Source: an uncultured bacterium (GTDB lineage Bacteria; Verrucomicrobiota; Lentisphaeria; Victivallales; UBA1829). Taken from it: a DNA stretch of 64,000 bases. A program made the translations under genes and the position numbers. The notes below the pieces were generated by a model. The model was not told the DNA's origin. It ran no database searches and saw only the letters and a program-made list of their open reading frames with translations. Where the stretch lies: assembly GCA_900548385.1 (NCBI GenBank), contig URKJ01000012.1, forward strand, positions 24,101-88,100. Direction: 5' to 3'. The number at the start of each line of letters is the position of its first letter. Within the stretch, counting starts at the first letter, position 1. This document shows, piece by piece, positions 9,827-18,097 of this stretch.

Positions 9827-10954
9827 TTATTTCAGCACGTCGTTCACAACGCGTCTGACCGCTTCGAGGCGCGCATAGCCGTACTGTCTGTCCGGTTCCA
9901 GATAGGCACCCTCCGTCCACTCGTTCCAGCAGGCGAGATGCAGCAGTTCGGCGGTTGATTCCGGCGAAGCCGCGAACCGGGCGATGTGGCGCAGTGCCTG
10001 TTCGAACAGCTCCGGCGTGTTGTTGACAACGACCGTTCCGAACGGATAGCCGACTTTCTCGAACATATCCGACTGCACCGTGCGCGGGGAGCAGTCCCAG
10101 CCCGGCGTGACGACCGGATTGTAGGGAACGTTCAGCTTTTCCGTGATTTCCGCGGCAAAATTCCGGTTGCGTTCGAACCAGTCGGCATATTCCATCTTCG
10201 GGAATCCCTCCAGTCCGCTCCAGTTGTAGGCGGAGACCATGTCGAATCCGGCGTCTTTAATGGAAGCGTTGAGCACGTCCGGTTCGTTCCAGCGGTCCCA
10301 GCAGAAAAGATTGGAGTCGAGCGTGAGTGTTCCGAGTCCGGCTTTTTCGACTCTTGCGCGGAAATCGTCGAACAGCATCCGCGCGGCGCGGGGACCGCCG
10401 AGGTCGCGGATCATCCGGGACGGCTGGAAGATCGAAAAGTAAACGCCGCCGTTGACGCGCAGATAGTTCGGCTTGCCGAAATATTCGCGGATGCAGTGAT
10501 CGGTGCAGCGGATAAACGTTTCCGGCGTTGTTCTGCCGATCGTTCCCCAGAGCGGTTCCGCGGGTTTCCAGTAGCTTCCGGGGTGCGCATACATCGGGTC
10601 ATGGTTCGCCCACATCAGAGCGAATTGCAGATCGGCGCAGTTCGGAGCTTTCAGAAATCCTTCCTGAAGGCAGCGTTCCCGGTAGGAACCGTCTTCAAAA
10701 TAATACCAGTCGAAAATGAATGCGTCGATTCCGTGTTTTGTGGCGTCGGCGATTTTGCGTGTCATGACTGCCGGATCGGCTTCGTCGTCGAATCCGTACA
10801 GCGGTTCTTTCGGCTGTTCGTGTCCTTCGAAACGGGGGGTCGCGTACCGGGTCACGCGCCATTCGGTCCATCCTTTTCCGTGGATGCTTTCGTTCCGTGG
10901 GTCGACATGCCAGTTCGGGAAATAATACGAACAGACAATCGGTCTCTTCTTCAT
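9827..10954 (-). CDS. GH99-like / WbsX-family protein
   Basis: 375-aa ORF. YYFPNWH, GWTEW and IDAFIFDWYYF motifs typical of this family. No signal peptide. Confidence 0.7.
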   Translation of the reverse strand: MKKRPIVCSYYFPNWHVDPRNESIHGKGWTEWRVTRYATPRFEGHEQPKEPLYGFDDEADPAVMTRKIADATKHGIDAFIFDWYYFEDGSYRERCLQEGFLKAPNCADLQFALMWANHDPMYAHPGSYWKPAEPLWGTIGRTTPETFIRCTDHCIREYFGKPNYLRVNGGVYFSIFQPSRMIRDLGGPRAARMLFDDFRARVEKAGLGTLTLDSNLFCWDRWNEPDVLNASIKDAGFDMVSAYNWSGLEGFPKMEYADWFERNRNFAAEITEKLNVPYNPVVTPGWDCSPRTVQSDMFEKVGYPFGTVVVNNTPELFEQALRHIARFAASPESTAELLHLACWNEWTEGAYLEPDRQYGYARLEAVRRVVNDVLK

Positions 10955-11014
10955 GATCGGTTTCCTTTGAGTTTTCGTTTTTTACGGCTTTCCGTAAATG
11001 TTCCGTGCAGATTT

Positions 11015-11043
11015 ATTATACAATAATTCCCGGTTTTCCGCAA
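11015..11043 (-). promoter_or_regulatory. sigma70-type promoter of the GH99-like gene
   Basis: Minus strand: TTGCGG (11043-11038), 17-nt spacer, TATAAT (11020-11015). The spacer is 13/17 identical to that of the promoter at 9756-9784. Confidence 0.55.
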
Positions 11044-11057
11044 GAACCGTTCCGGGG

Positions 11058-11083
11058 AAAATACTGAAATAAAATGAACAATG
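11058..11083 (-). repeat. 26-nt upstream element, copy 2 (identical to 9799-9824)
   Basis: Same 26-mer, again exactly 14 nt upstream of a -35 hexamer (11043-11038). On the plus strand it ends 2 nt before TTGACA at 11086-11091. Confidence 0.9.
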
Positions 11084-11140
11084 GCTTGACAAACCGCGCC
11101 GGATGTGGCATGGTATTTCCGGAAATCGGGGAGAACTGCA

Positions 11141-12109
11141 ATGCCGGGAAAAATCACGATGGAGGATCTTGCACGGGAAGCGGGCTGTTCGCGTCCGCAG
11201 GTGTCGCGCGCATTCAACGGAAAACCGAATGTTGCGCCGGAAGTGCGGGAACGCGTGCTCGCCGCCGCGAAGCGTCTCAACTACCGGAACACGGCGAACC
11301 GCCGTCAGATACGGATTGCCGTGATCACGCAATCCATCGGCAGTATTTACGGCTCGGTGATGCTGGATGCTCTGATGAAGCAGGCCTGCGAACGGAACTG
11401 GGTCTGTCACATCGTGCACGAACAGTTCATACATACGATCTCCGATTATTTCTACGACGGCGCGATCAGTCTGATCTTCAACGATTCGTGGGCGCGGAAA
11501 TGGGCCGAGGAACGGACGACTCCGCTGGTGATGGTCAACAGCTACGGGACGGCGCTTGATAAAGTCTGTTCCGTTGATCCGGATTCTTACGACGGCAGCT
11601 GTCTTGTGCTCCGCCATCTGAAGCGGCTTGGGCACAGGAAAATTGCCCGTGTCCATATCGTCGGTCCGGGGGAAGTGACTTATCATCGCGGACAGAACGA
11701 GTTTCTGAGAGCCGCCGCCGAACTCAATCTCGGCGATTCCGTGCGGAATTTTCAGTTTGTGGAGCAGAGTACGCTGAAAAGCGGTCTTCTTTCCGTTCTG
11801 GAACAGGGATTTACGGCGGTGTATATGATTCATCAAAGTCTGGCGGTTCCCGCGGCGAAGGTGATTCTGGATGCGGGATACCGGATTCCGGAAGATGTGT
11901 CGCTGGTGACTTACGAGTTGAACGGCATATCCGCCCATCTCATGCCGCCGCATACCACGCTTGATTTTGATTACAGTGCGCTTGCCCGCCGTGCGTTGGA
12001 AGAGCTCCGTTTGCGGATGCTCGGCAGAGCGACCGGCGGCGGATCGGTTCTGATTCCCAATATTCTCACCGTGCGCGGTTCGACAGGCCCGTGTTCCCGT
12101 AAGAGCTGA
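11141..12109 (+). CDS. LacI-family transcriptional regulator
   Basis: ORF 11105-12109, with start set at ATG 11141 (RBS GGGGAG 7 nt upstream). HTH ITMEDLAREAGCSRPQVSRAFNGKPNVAPEVRERVLAAAKRLNY, followed by a PBP-type sensor domain. Confidence 0.85.
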   Translation: MPGKITMEDLAREAGCSRPQVSRAFNGKPNVAPEVRERVLAAAKRLNYRNTANRRQIRIAVITQSIGSIYGSVMLDALMKQACERNWVCHIVHEQFIHTISDYFYDGAISLIFNDSWARKWAEERTTPLVMVNSYGTALDKVCSVDPDSYDGSCLVLRHLKRLGHRKIARVHIVGPGEVTYHRGQNEFLRAAAELNLGDSVRNFQFVEQSTLKSGLLSVLEQGFTAVYMIHQSLAVPAAKVILDAGYRIPEDVSLVTYELNGISAHLMPPHTTLDFDYSALARRALEELRLRMLGRATGGGSVLIPNILTVRGSTGPCSRKS

Positions 12110-12165
12110 CAGTTCCCGTTTCCCCGCAGCCGGATGCGGTGTTATGAATTTTTCATTTGTGTCTC

Positions 12166-12195
12166 TTGACTTTTCCGGAAACGAGGGCATATTAT
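12166..12195 (+). promoter_or_regulatory. promoter of the second LacI gene with embedded 10-bp palindrome
   Basis: TTGACT (12166-12171), 18-nt spacer, TATTAT (12190-12195). The palindrome TTTCCGGAAA (12172-12181) abuts the -35. Confidence 0.5.
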
Positions 12196-12226
12196 CAGTT
12201 AACCCGGTTTAATCGACAGGAATCGA

Positions 12227-13237
12227 ATGAAAGTAACGATCAAAGACATTGCGCGGAAAGTTCAGGTTTCAAAGACGCTGGTTTCGCTGTATCTGAACGA
12301 TCATCCGCTTTCGGCGAAGATTTCGGCGAAAACCAAGGCACGGATTGATGAAGCGGTCCGGGAGCTTGGGTACCGTCCGAGTTTCGCCGCGCGCGCTCTG
12401 GCGAAAGGACGAACCGGGACGATCGGGATGATCGTCGGGGCGATCCGCGATCCGTTTTCCTATTATCTTGCCGATCTTGCGATGCGGGAGGTGGAACGCT
12501 ATCACTGCCAGCTGTTGCTTATGATGACGAATCAGGACCGGCGGGACCGCAACCGCTGTCTGGAACGGCTGTTGGAGAACCGGGTGGACGGCGTGCTCTG
12601 CTGTTCCGAGCTTCCGTCGGATACTCCGCTGTATGTCGAACTTCTGGCGCGCCGCTTTCCGCTTGTCGCGGTGAACCGGAAACAGGCGGATTTCTCCTGC
12701 ATATACAATGATTTTTCTCCGGCGGTGGATGAGCTGCTCGCCTGTCTGGATTCCATCGGGGCGGAAACGCTTTACCTGATCAGCACGGCAGGCAACCGGA
12801 TCGCCGGGCTTTTGCGTTCCGGCTGTGCGGCACACGGGATCCGCCTGACGGCTTCCCGGAATCTTGTCACCGACTCTGATATGGAGGCGATCTGCGGAAC
12901 CGTTCTGCGGCGTCGGCCTCCGTTTCTGTTTCTGACGAACTGCCGTGCGGCGCGGGTGGTTGTCAACGAGATCCGTCGTGCCGGAATTGACTATTTCCCT
13001 GCGATTTTCACGGTTTATACACTTCCCGCCGATATGATCGACGATTCCCGGATTGCCGGTGCGATCCAGTACAATTTTACCCCGCTGATCACCTGCGGGC
13101 TCGAAATGCTGAACCGTCAGCTGGAAGCCTCCGGAACAGCGGAGCGCGAAGAGACCGTACTGCCCGCGCGTTTTCTCCGGCAGGACCGGTTTTGTGAGCT
13201 TGAAACTCTCGGACGTTACAATTTCAGAACCAGCTAA
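12227..13237 (+). CDS. LacI-family transcriptional regulator
   Basis: 336 aa. HTH VTIKDIARKVQVSKTLVSLYLN...ARIDEAVRELGYRPSFAARAL, followed by a PBP-type sensor domain. Confidence 0.85.
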   Translation: MKVTIKDIARKVQVSKTLVSLYLNDHPLSAKISAKTKARIDEAVRELGYRPSFAARALAKGRTGTIGMIVGAIRDPFSYYLADLAMREVERYHCQLLLMMTNQDRRDRNRCLERLLENRVDGVLCCSELPSDTPLYVELLARRFPLVAVNRKQADFSCIYNDFSPAVDELLACLDSIGAETLYLISTAGNRIAGLLRSGCAAHGIRLTASRNLVTDSDMEAICGTVLRRRPPFLFLTNCRAARVVVNEIRRAGIDYFPAIFTVYTLPADMIDDSRIAGAIQYNFTPLITCGLEMLNRQLEASGTAEREETVLPARFLRQDRFCELETLGRYNFRTS

Positions 13238-13261
13238 CATAGCAGAAAGGATTTTTTCAAG

Positions 13262-15112
13262 ATGAATAATCAGCCTCAGATCCGTGTGCCGGGTTTTCCG
13301 GCAATCGAACTGAACTCCAGTGTGGCGATTGACCGCGCCGCGCCCGAACAGCTCCTTTGGAAAGCGGACGGTTCCGTCTTTACCGCCGCCACTCCGGGCG
13401 GAACATGGAAACTTGTCCTTGCCGAACGCGACGGTCGTATCGACGCCGCCTTTACCGGAACTCTGAACAAGCCGGCGGAATTCCTGGACGTGACGCTGTT
13501 CAATGTTCCGTCATTTGCCGCCGATCATGTTCTGCCGCAGGCGGTCCGCATGGGCGGCTGTCAGGCGTATGACCTGACGGCGATGGAGGATTCCGCCGCG
13601 TTCACCGGGGAGCTGCTCGCCTCCGTTACGAAAAACGGCGTCACGCTTCAGTGTTCGACTCCGTTCCACGGCGGTTTTCCGGTGCTGTTCCAGGGAACGG
13701 CGGAGAAAGGGCATATCCGCGATTTCCGCGTCGTTTCGCCGGTTCATTACCACGGTTCGACGGAGATCGCATTGCCTGTTGTTTCGTTCCGTTCCTCTTC
13801 CGACGGCTTTGCGCTTCTGGAATCTTACGGCGATGAAAACTGCGATGTGAAAAAGACCTTCGACACTCCGTCCGCCGGATGGAACAGCTGGGATTATTAC
13901 CGCTGGACCATCACCGAGGAGGAAGTCCTGAAAAACGCGGAGTTCATCGCAAAGGATCCGGTTCTTTCCCGGCACGTCAAACGGATCATTGTGGATGACG
14001 GCTGGCAGTATTGCTACGGCGAATGGGAAGCGAATTCCTATTTTCCCTCCGGTATGGAATATCTTGCAAAAGAGCTGACGAAGATGGGATTCGAGCCCGG
14101 ACTCTGGTTCGCTCCCGCAATCGCGGAACCGCACAGCCGCATTGCCCAGCTTGATTATGATATGCTTGCCCGTTCCGCCGGCGGACAGCCCTGTCTGGCA
14201 TACGAGTGCATGCGCCGTTTCGGATTCGTACTTGACCCGACGGTGAAGAAGACGGAAGAGTTTATGGAAAAGACTTTCCGCCGTTACGCCGATATGGGCT
14301 ATAAGTACTTCAAGCTTGATTTCCTCTGTTCCATGTTCAAGGCGCCGCGTTTTGCCGATCCGCTTGTGAAGCGCGACGAGCTGATCCCGCGTCTGTTTGA
14401 GCCGATTTATCGCGGAATCGGCGGCCGTGCCGTTCTGCTCGGCTGCAACTATCCTTACACCGCCGGAAACAGCATGGTGGAAGCGGTCCGTATCGGAGCG
14501 GATATCCATGCGCGCTGGGAGAGTACTTCGCGCAACAGCTCCGCGGTTGCCGCACACTTCTGGGCAAACAAGAAACTGTGGCTGAACGATCCCGATTTCG
14601 CGCTTTGCCGTTCCGCCCGGACCTCGAACGATCCCGATCTGAACCGTCTGAATCCGATGTGGCCGTTTGTCACACCGGAAGACGGTTACGATCCGAGTCG
14701 CGAATTCAAACTGGCGTCCATGGATCGCGCCGGACTGGAAGTTCTGCTGAGCGTGGTGCTCGCGGCGGCGGGAGCGGTCAATCTTTCCGACAAGATGACT
14801 CTGCTGAACGATGAGGGACTTTATCTTGCTCGCAAGGTGGTGAGTGCGGAATCCGGCGAGGCGGCGCGTCCGCTGGACCTTTTTTCCTCGGATCGTCCCG
14901 CGCGTTATCTTCAGAAACTGAAATCCGGCTGGCGCGTTCTGCTGATCAACTGGAGCGATGCCGCCCGGACCATGTCGTTCGATCTTGCCGCACACGGCGT
15001 CTGCGCTTCCTCCGCAACGGATTTCTGGAGCGAAAAACCGGTTGCAGTCGGTTCCGGAAAGCTGGAATTTGAACTTGCCCCGCGCAGCTGCAAACTGATC
15101 GAACTCCGGTGA
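13262..15112 (+). CDS. alpha-galactosidase-like glycoside hydrolase (clan GH-D, GH27/GH36-like)
   Basis: 616 aa. Motifs GWNSWDYY, IIVDDGWQ, YKYFKLDFL, LNDPDF. Confidence 0.7.
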   Translation: MNNQPQIRVPGFPAIELNSSVAIDRAAPEQLLWKADGSVFTAATPGGTWKLVLAERDGRIDAAFTGTLNKPAEFLDVTLFNVPSFAADHVLPQAVRMGGCQAYDLTAMEDSAAFTGELLASVTKNGVTLQCSTPFHGGFPVLFQGTAEKGHIRDFRVVSPVHYHGSTEIALPVVSFRSSSDGFALLESYGDENCDVKKTFDTPSAGWNSWDYYRWTITEEEVLKNAEFIAKDPVLSRHVKRIIVDDGWQYCYGEWEANSYFPSGMEYLAKELTKMGFEPGLWFAPAIAEPHSRIAQLDYDMLARSAGGQPCLAYECMRRFGFVLDPTVKKTEEFMEKTFRRYADMGYKYFKLDFLCSMFKAPRFADPLVKRDELIPRLFEPIYRGIGGRAVLLGCNYPYTAGNSMVEAVRIGADIHARWESTSRNSSAVAAHFWANKKLWLNDPDFALCRSARTSNDPDLNRLNPMWPFVTPEDGYDPSREFKLASMDRAGLEVLLSVVLAAAGAVNLSDKMTLLNDEGLYLARKVVSAESGEAARPLDLFSSDRPARYLQKLKSGWRVLLINWSDAARTMSFDLAAHGVCASSATDFWSEKPVAVGSGKLEFELAPRSCKLIELR

Positions 15113-15146
15113 TCCGGAGCTGTCGATGCGGTTTCCCGCATTTGGA

Positions 15147-15185
15147 GGGACACGGAGAAGAAACCTCTTCTCCGTGTCCCGTTTC
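15147..15185 (+). terminator. stem-loop terminator candidate after the alpha-galactosidase-like gene
   Basis: Perfect 15-bp stem GGGACACGGAGAAGA / TCTTCTCCGTGTCCC with an AACC loop, 35 nt after the stop. Only a short GTTTC tract follows. Confidence 0.6.
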
Positions 15186-15215
15186 ATAAAAAACGTATTT
15201 TTTTGGAAAAACAGT

Positions 15216-15244
15216 TTGCATTTGCCAACGATGGCAACTATCTT
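15216..15244 (+). promoter_or_regulatory. promoter with LacI-type operator-like palindrome filling the spacer
   Basis: TTGCAT (15216-15221), 17-nt spacer, TATCTT (15239-15244). The spacer contains TTGCCAAC|GATGGCAA (15222-15237), with 7 of 8 symmetric pairs and a central CG. Confidence 0.5.
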
Positions 15245-15276
15245 AAGCCAGAAACGGAATTCAAACAGGAAAGGGA

Positions 15277-16602
15277 ATGGAAATGACTCAGAAAAAATAT
15301 GTGCTTGTCGGAACCGGTTCCAGATGCGGAATGTATCTGGAAGCGCTTGCCGGAGATTTCAAGGATGCGGGTGACATCTGTGCGCTCTGCGACACCAATC
15401 AGACCCGTATGAACTACTGGAACAAACGGCTTCAGGAAAAATACGGACACGCTCCGCTGCCGACCTACAAGGCAAGTCAGTTTGATCAGATGATCGCCGA
15501 CATCAAGCCGGACAAAGTGATCGTCACCAGCATGGACCGCACACACCACAAGTATATCTGCCGGGCAATGGAACTCGGCTGCGACGTCATTTCCGAGAAA
15601 CCGATGACGGTCGATCCGGAGAAGTGCCAGCAGATCATCGACACCATCAAAGCGACCGGAAGACACCTCACCGTCACGTTCAATTACCGGTATTCTCCGC
15701 GCAATACCAAAATCAAGGAGATTATCCGGAGCGGCATGGTCGGCGAAATTACCAGCATTCATTTTGAATGGCTGCTCGACACGAGTCACGGAGCGGATTA
15801 TTTCCGCCGCTGGCACCGCAACAAGAATAATTCCGGCGGGCTCATGGTCCACAAAGCCACTCACCATTTCGACCTCGTCAACTGGTGGATTGATTCCGCG
15901 CCGAAGACCGTTTTCGCGATGGGCGATCTCAAGTTTTACGGCAAGGAAAATGCCGAGAAGCGCGGCGTAGCCGAATTTTACAGCCGTGCCCGCGGAAGCG
16001 AAACCGCCGCCAAAGACCCGTTTGCCCTGCATGTGACCGAAGAGGACACCACGCTTCAGGAACTCTATTACAATGCCGAGCATGAGGATGGCTATTTCCG
16101 CGATCAGAGCGTATTCGGCGATGGTATTTCCATTGAGGACAATATGGGCGTGATGGTCCGTTATGAGAACAACGTTGTCATGACCTACTCCCTCAATGCG
16201 CACTGTCCGTGGGAAGGCTACCGGGTCTGCTTCAACGGAACGAAAGGACGTCTTGAGTTCAACGTTGTGGAAAAATCCTATGTCAGCGGCGGACACGAGG
16301 ACTTCAATCAGCCCGGTATGCGTGAACTGGAAGGCGACAAGAAGACGCTCGTTCCCGAAATCATTTTCCAGCCGCACTGGGGCAAACCGCAGGTCATTAC
16401 CTATGACGCGGGCGACAAAGGCGGACATGGCGGCGGAGATGTCCGTCTCCTCAATCATGTGTTCCGCGGTGCGCAGGATGATCCGCTGGGTCATGCCGCG
16501 GGATACCTTGATGGCGCCCGCTCCATCCTGACGGGGATTTCCGCCAATATTTCGATGAAGACCGGACTCCCCGTCAACGCAAACGATCTCGTGAAATTCT
16601 GA
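15277..16602 (+). CDS. Gfo/Idh/MocA-family oxidoreductase
   Basis: 441 aa. N-terminal Rossmann-type VLVGTGSRCGMY and a family-typical C-terminal alpha/beta domain. Confidence 0.75.
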   Translation: MEMTQKKYVLVGTGSRCGMYLEALAGDFKDAGDICALCDTNQTRMNYWNKRLQEKYGHAPLPTYKASQFDQMIADIKPDKVIVTSMDRTHHKYICRAMELGCDVISEKPMTVDPEKCQQIIDTIKATGRHLTVTFNYRYSPRNTKIKEIIRSGMVGEITSIHFEWLLDTSHGADYFRRWHRNKNNSGGLMVHKATHHFDLVNWWIDSAPKTVFAMGDLKFYGKENAEKRGVAEFYSRARGSETAAKDPFALHVTEEDTTLQELYYNAEHEDGYFRDQSVFGDGISIEDNMGVMVRYENNVVMTYSLNAHCPWEGYRVCFNGTKGRLEFNVVEKSYVSGGHEDFNQPGMRELEGDKKTLVPEIIFQPHWGKPQVITYDAGDKGGHGGGDVRLLNHVFRGAQDDPLGHAAGYLDGARSILTGISANISMKTGLPVNANDLVKF

Positions 16603-16630
16603 TAAAGTCTGAACAGGAAGGAATACGATT

Positions 16631-18085
16631 ATGAAACTGCTGAAACGTGAAACCGCTCCGACTCTTCCCGTCAAGGTTCTCCAGTTCGGAGAAGGAAATT
16701 TTCTTCGCGCATTCATTGACTGGATGATCCATGAAATGAATAAACAGGGCAAGTTCAACGGACTTGTTCAGCTTGTGCAGCCGCTTCCGACCGGGCTGAC
16801 GGACCTCATCAACGCGCAGGATGGTCTTTACACTCTCATTCTGCGCGGCATTTCCGACGGCAAGGTTGTGGAAAACCGTGAAGTCATTGAATCCGTCAAA
16901 GGCTGTCTGAATCCGTATGCCGACTGGGCGGCGGTCGTCCGGGCGGCGGTCAATCCGGATCTCCGTTTCGTGTTTTCCAACACCACGGAGGCGGGCATTG
17001 AATACAAGCCGGAGCCCTATACGCCGGGTGTCTGCCAGAATACCTATCCCGCCAAACTGACGAGTCTGGTATTTGAACGCTGGAAAGCATTCGGCGGCGA
17101 TGCCTCGAAGGGACTTGTTTTCATTCCCTGCGAGCTTATCGACAGGAACGGCGCGACGCTGAAAACGCACATGCTCCATTATGCCGCCGACTGGGGTTTC
17201 CCGCAGGAATTTTCCGCGTGGCTTGAGAACAGCTGTCTGTTCATCAACACGCTGGTGGACCGCATTGTCGCCGGTTATCCGCGTGCCGAGGCGGAAAAGA
17301 TTTGCGCGGAACTCGGTTATCAGGACAATCTGCTCGACTGCGGCGAAATTTTCCATTTCTTCGTGATGGAGGGACCGGAATCCATTCTCCGGGAACTGCC
17401 GCTGAAGGAGTGCGGGCTGAATGTGGTTGTGACGGATAATCAGACGCCGTACCGCACCCGCAAGGTGCGTTTCCTGAACGGCGCGCATACCGCGAATGTG
17501 TTGGCGTCGATTCTCGGCGGGCTCACATTTGTCGATGAGATGATGAATGATCCCGTTTTCGGGAAAATGGTCCGCAAGGCGATTTACGGCGAGATTTTCC
17601 ATACAGTCAATCTGCCGGAAAATGAAAAACAGTTCTTTGCGGATTCAATCGTGGAACGCTTCCTGAATCCGTTTGCTCAGCACCGTCTGCTTTCGATTTC
17701 GCTGAACTCCGTTTCAAAATGGAAAGTGCGCGTTCTGCCGAGTCTGCTCGACTATACGGAACTCAAGGGCGAACTGCCCGCCGTGCTTGCGTTCTCGCTT
17801 GCCGCCCTGTTGCGTTTCTACCGTCTGACCGTGGATGCGGACGGCAAGGCGTCCGGCTCTTACAACGGCATCACATGGCCGGTTTCCGATTCGGAGGATG
17901 TGATCCGTTTCTTTGCCGGGATTTCCGGCGAACCGGTTGCGGAATATGTCCGCAAGGCGTTGGCGAATACGGCATTCTGGGAGATGGATCTCAACACCGT
18001 TCCCGGACTGACCGACTATGTGACCGCAAAGCTGGAGGCGATCGACGGTATCGGCATCCGCGACGCTGTGAAAACCGTGCTGTAA
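16631..18085 (+). CDS. uxaB: tagaturonate reductase (altronate oxidoreductase), mannitol dehydrogenase family
   Basis: 484 aa. N-terminus VLQFGEGNFLRAFIDWMI is typical of UxaB. Lies immediately upstream of uxaA. RBS AGGAAGGA. Confidence 0.8.
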   Translation: MKLLKRETAPTLPVKVLQFGEGNFLRAFIDWMIHEMNKQGKFNGLVQLVQPLPTGLTDLINAQDGLYTLILRGISDGKVVENREVIESVKGCLNPYADWAAVVRAAVNPDLRFVFSNTTEAGIEYKPEPYTPGVCQNTYPAKLTSLVFERWKAFGGDASKGLVFIPCELIDRNGATLKTHMLHYAADWGFPQEFSAWLENSCLFINTLVDRIVAGYPRAEAEKICAELGYQDNLLDCGEIFHFFVMEGPESILRELPLKECGLNVVVTDNQTPYRTRKVRFLNGAHTANVLASILGGLTFVDEMMNDPVFGKMVRKAIYGEIFHTVNLPENEKQFFADSIVERFLNPFAQHRLLSISLNSVSKWKVRVLPSLLDYTELKGELPAVLAFSLAALLRFYRLTVDADGKASGSYNGITWPVSDSEDVIRFFAGISGEPVAEYVRKALANTAFWEMDLNTVPGLTDYVTAKLEAIDGIGIRDAVKTVL

Positions 18086-18097
18086 GGATTCGTGACC

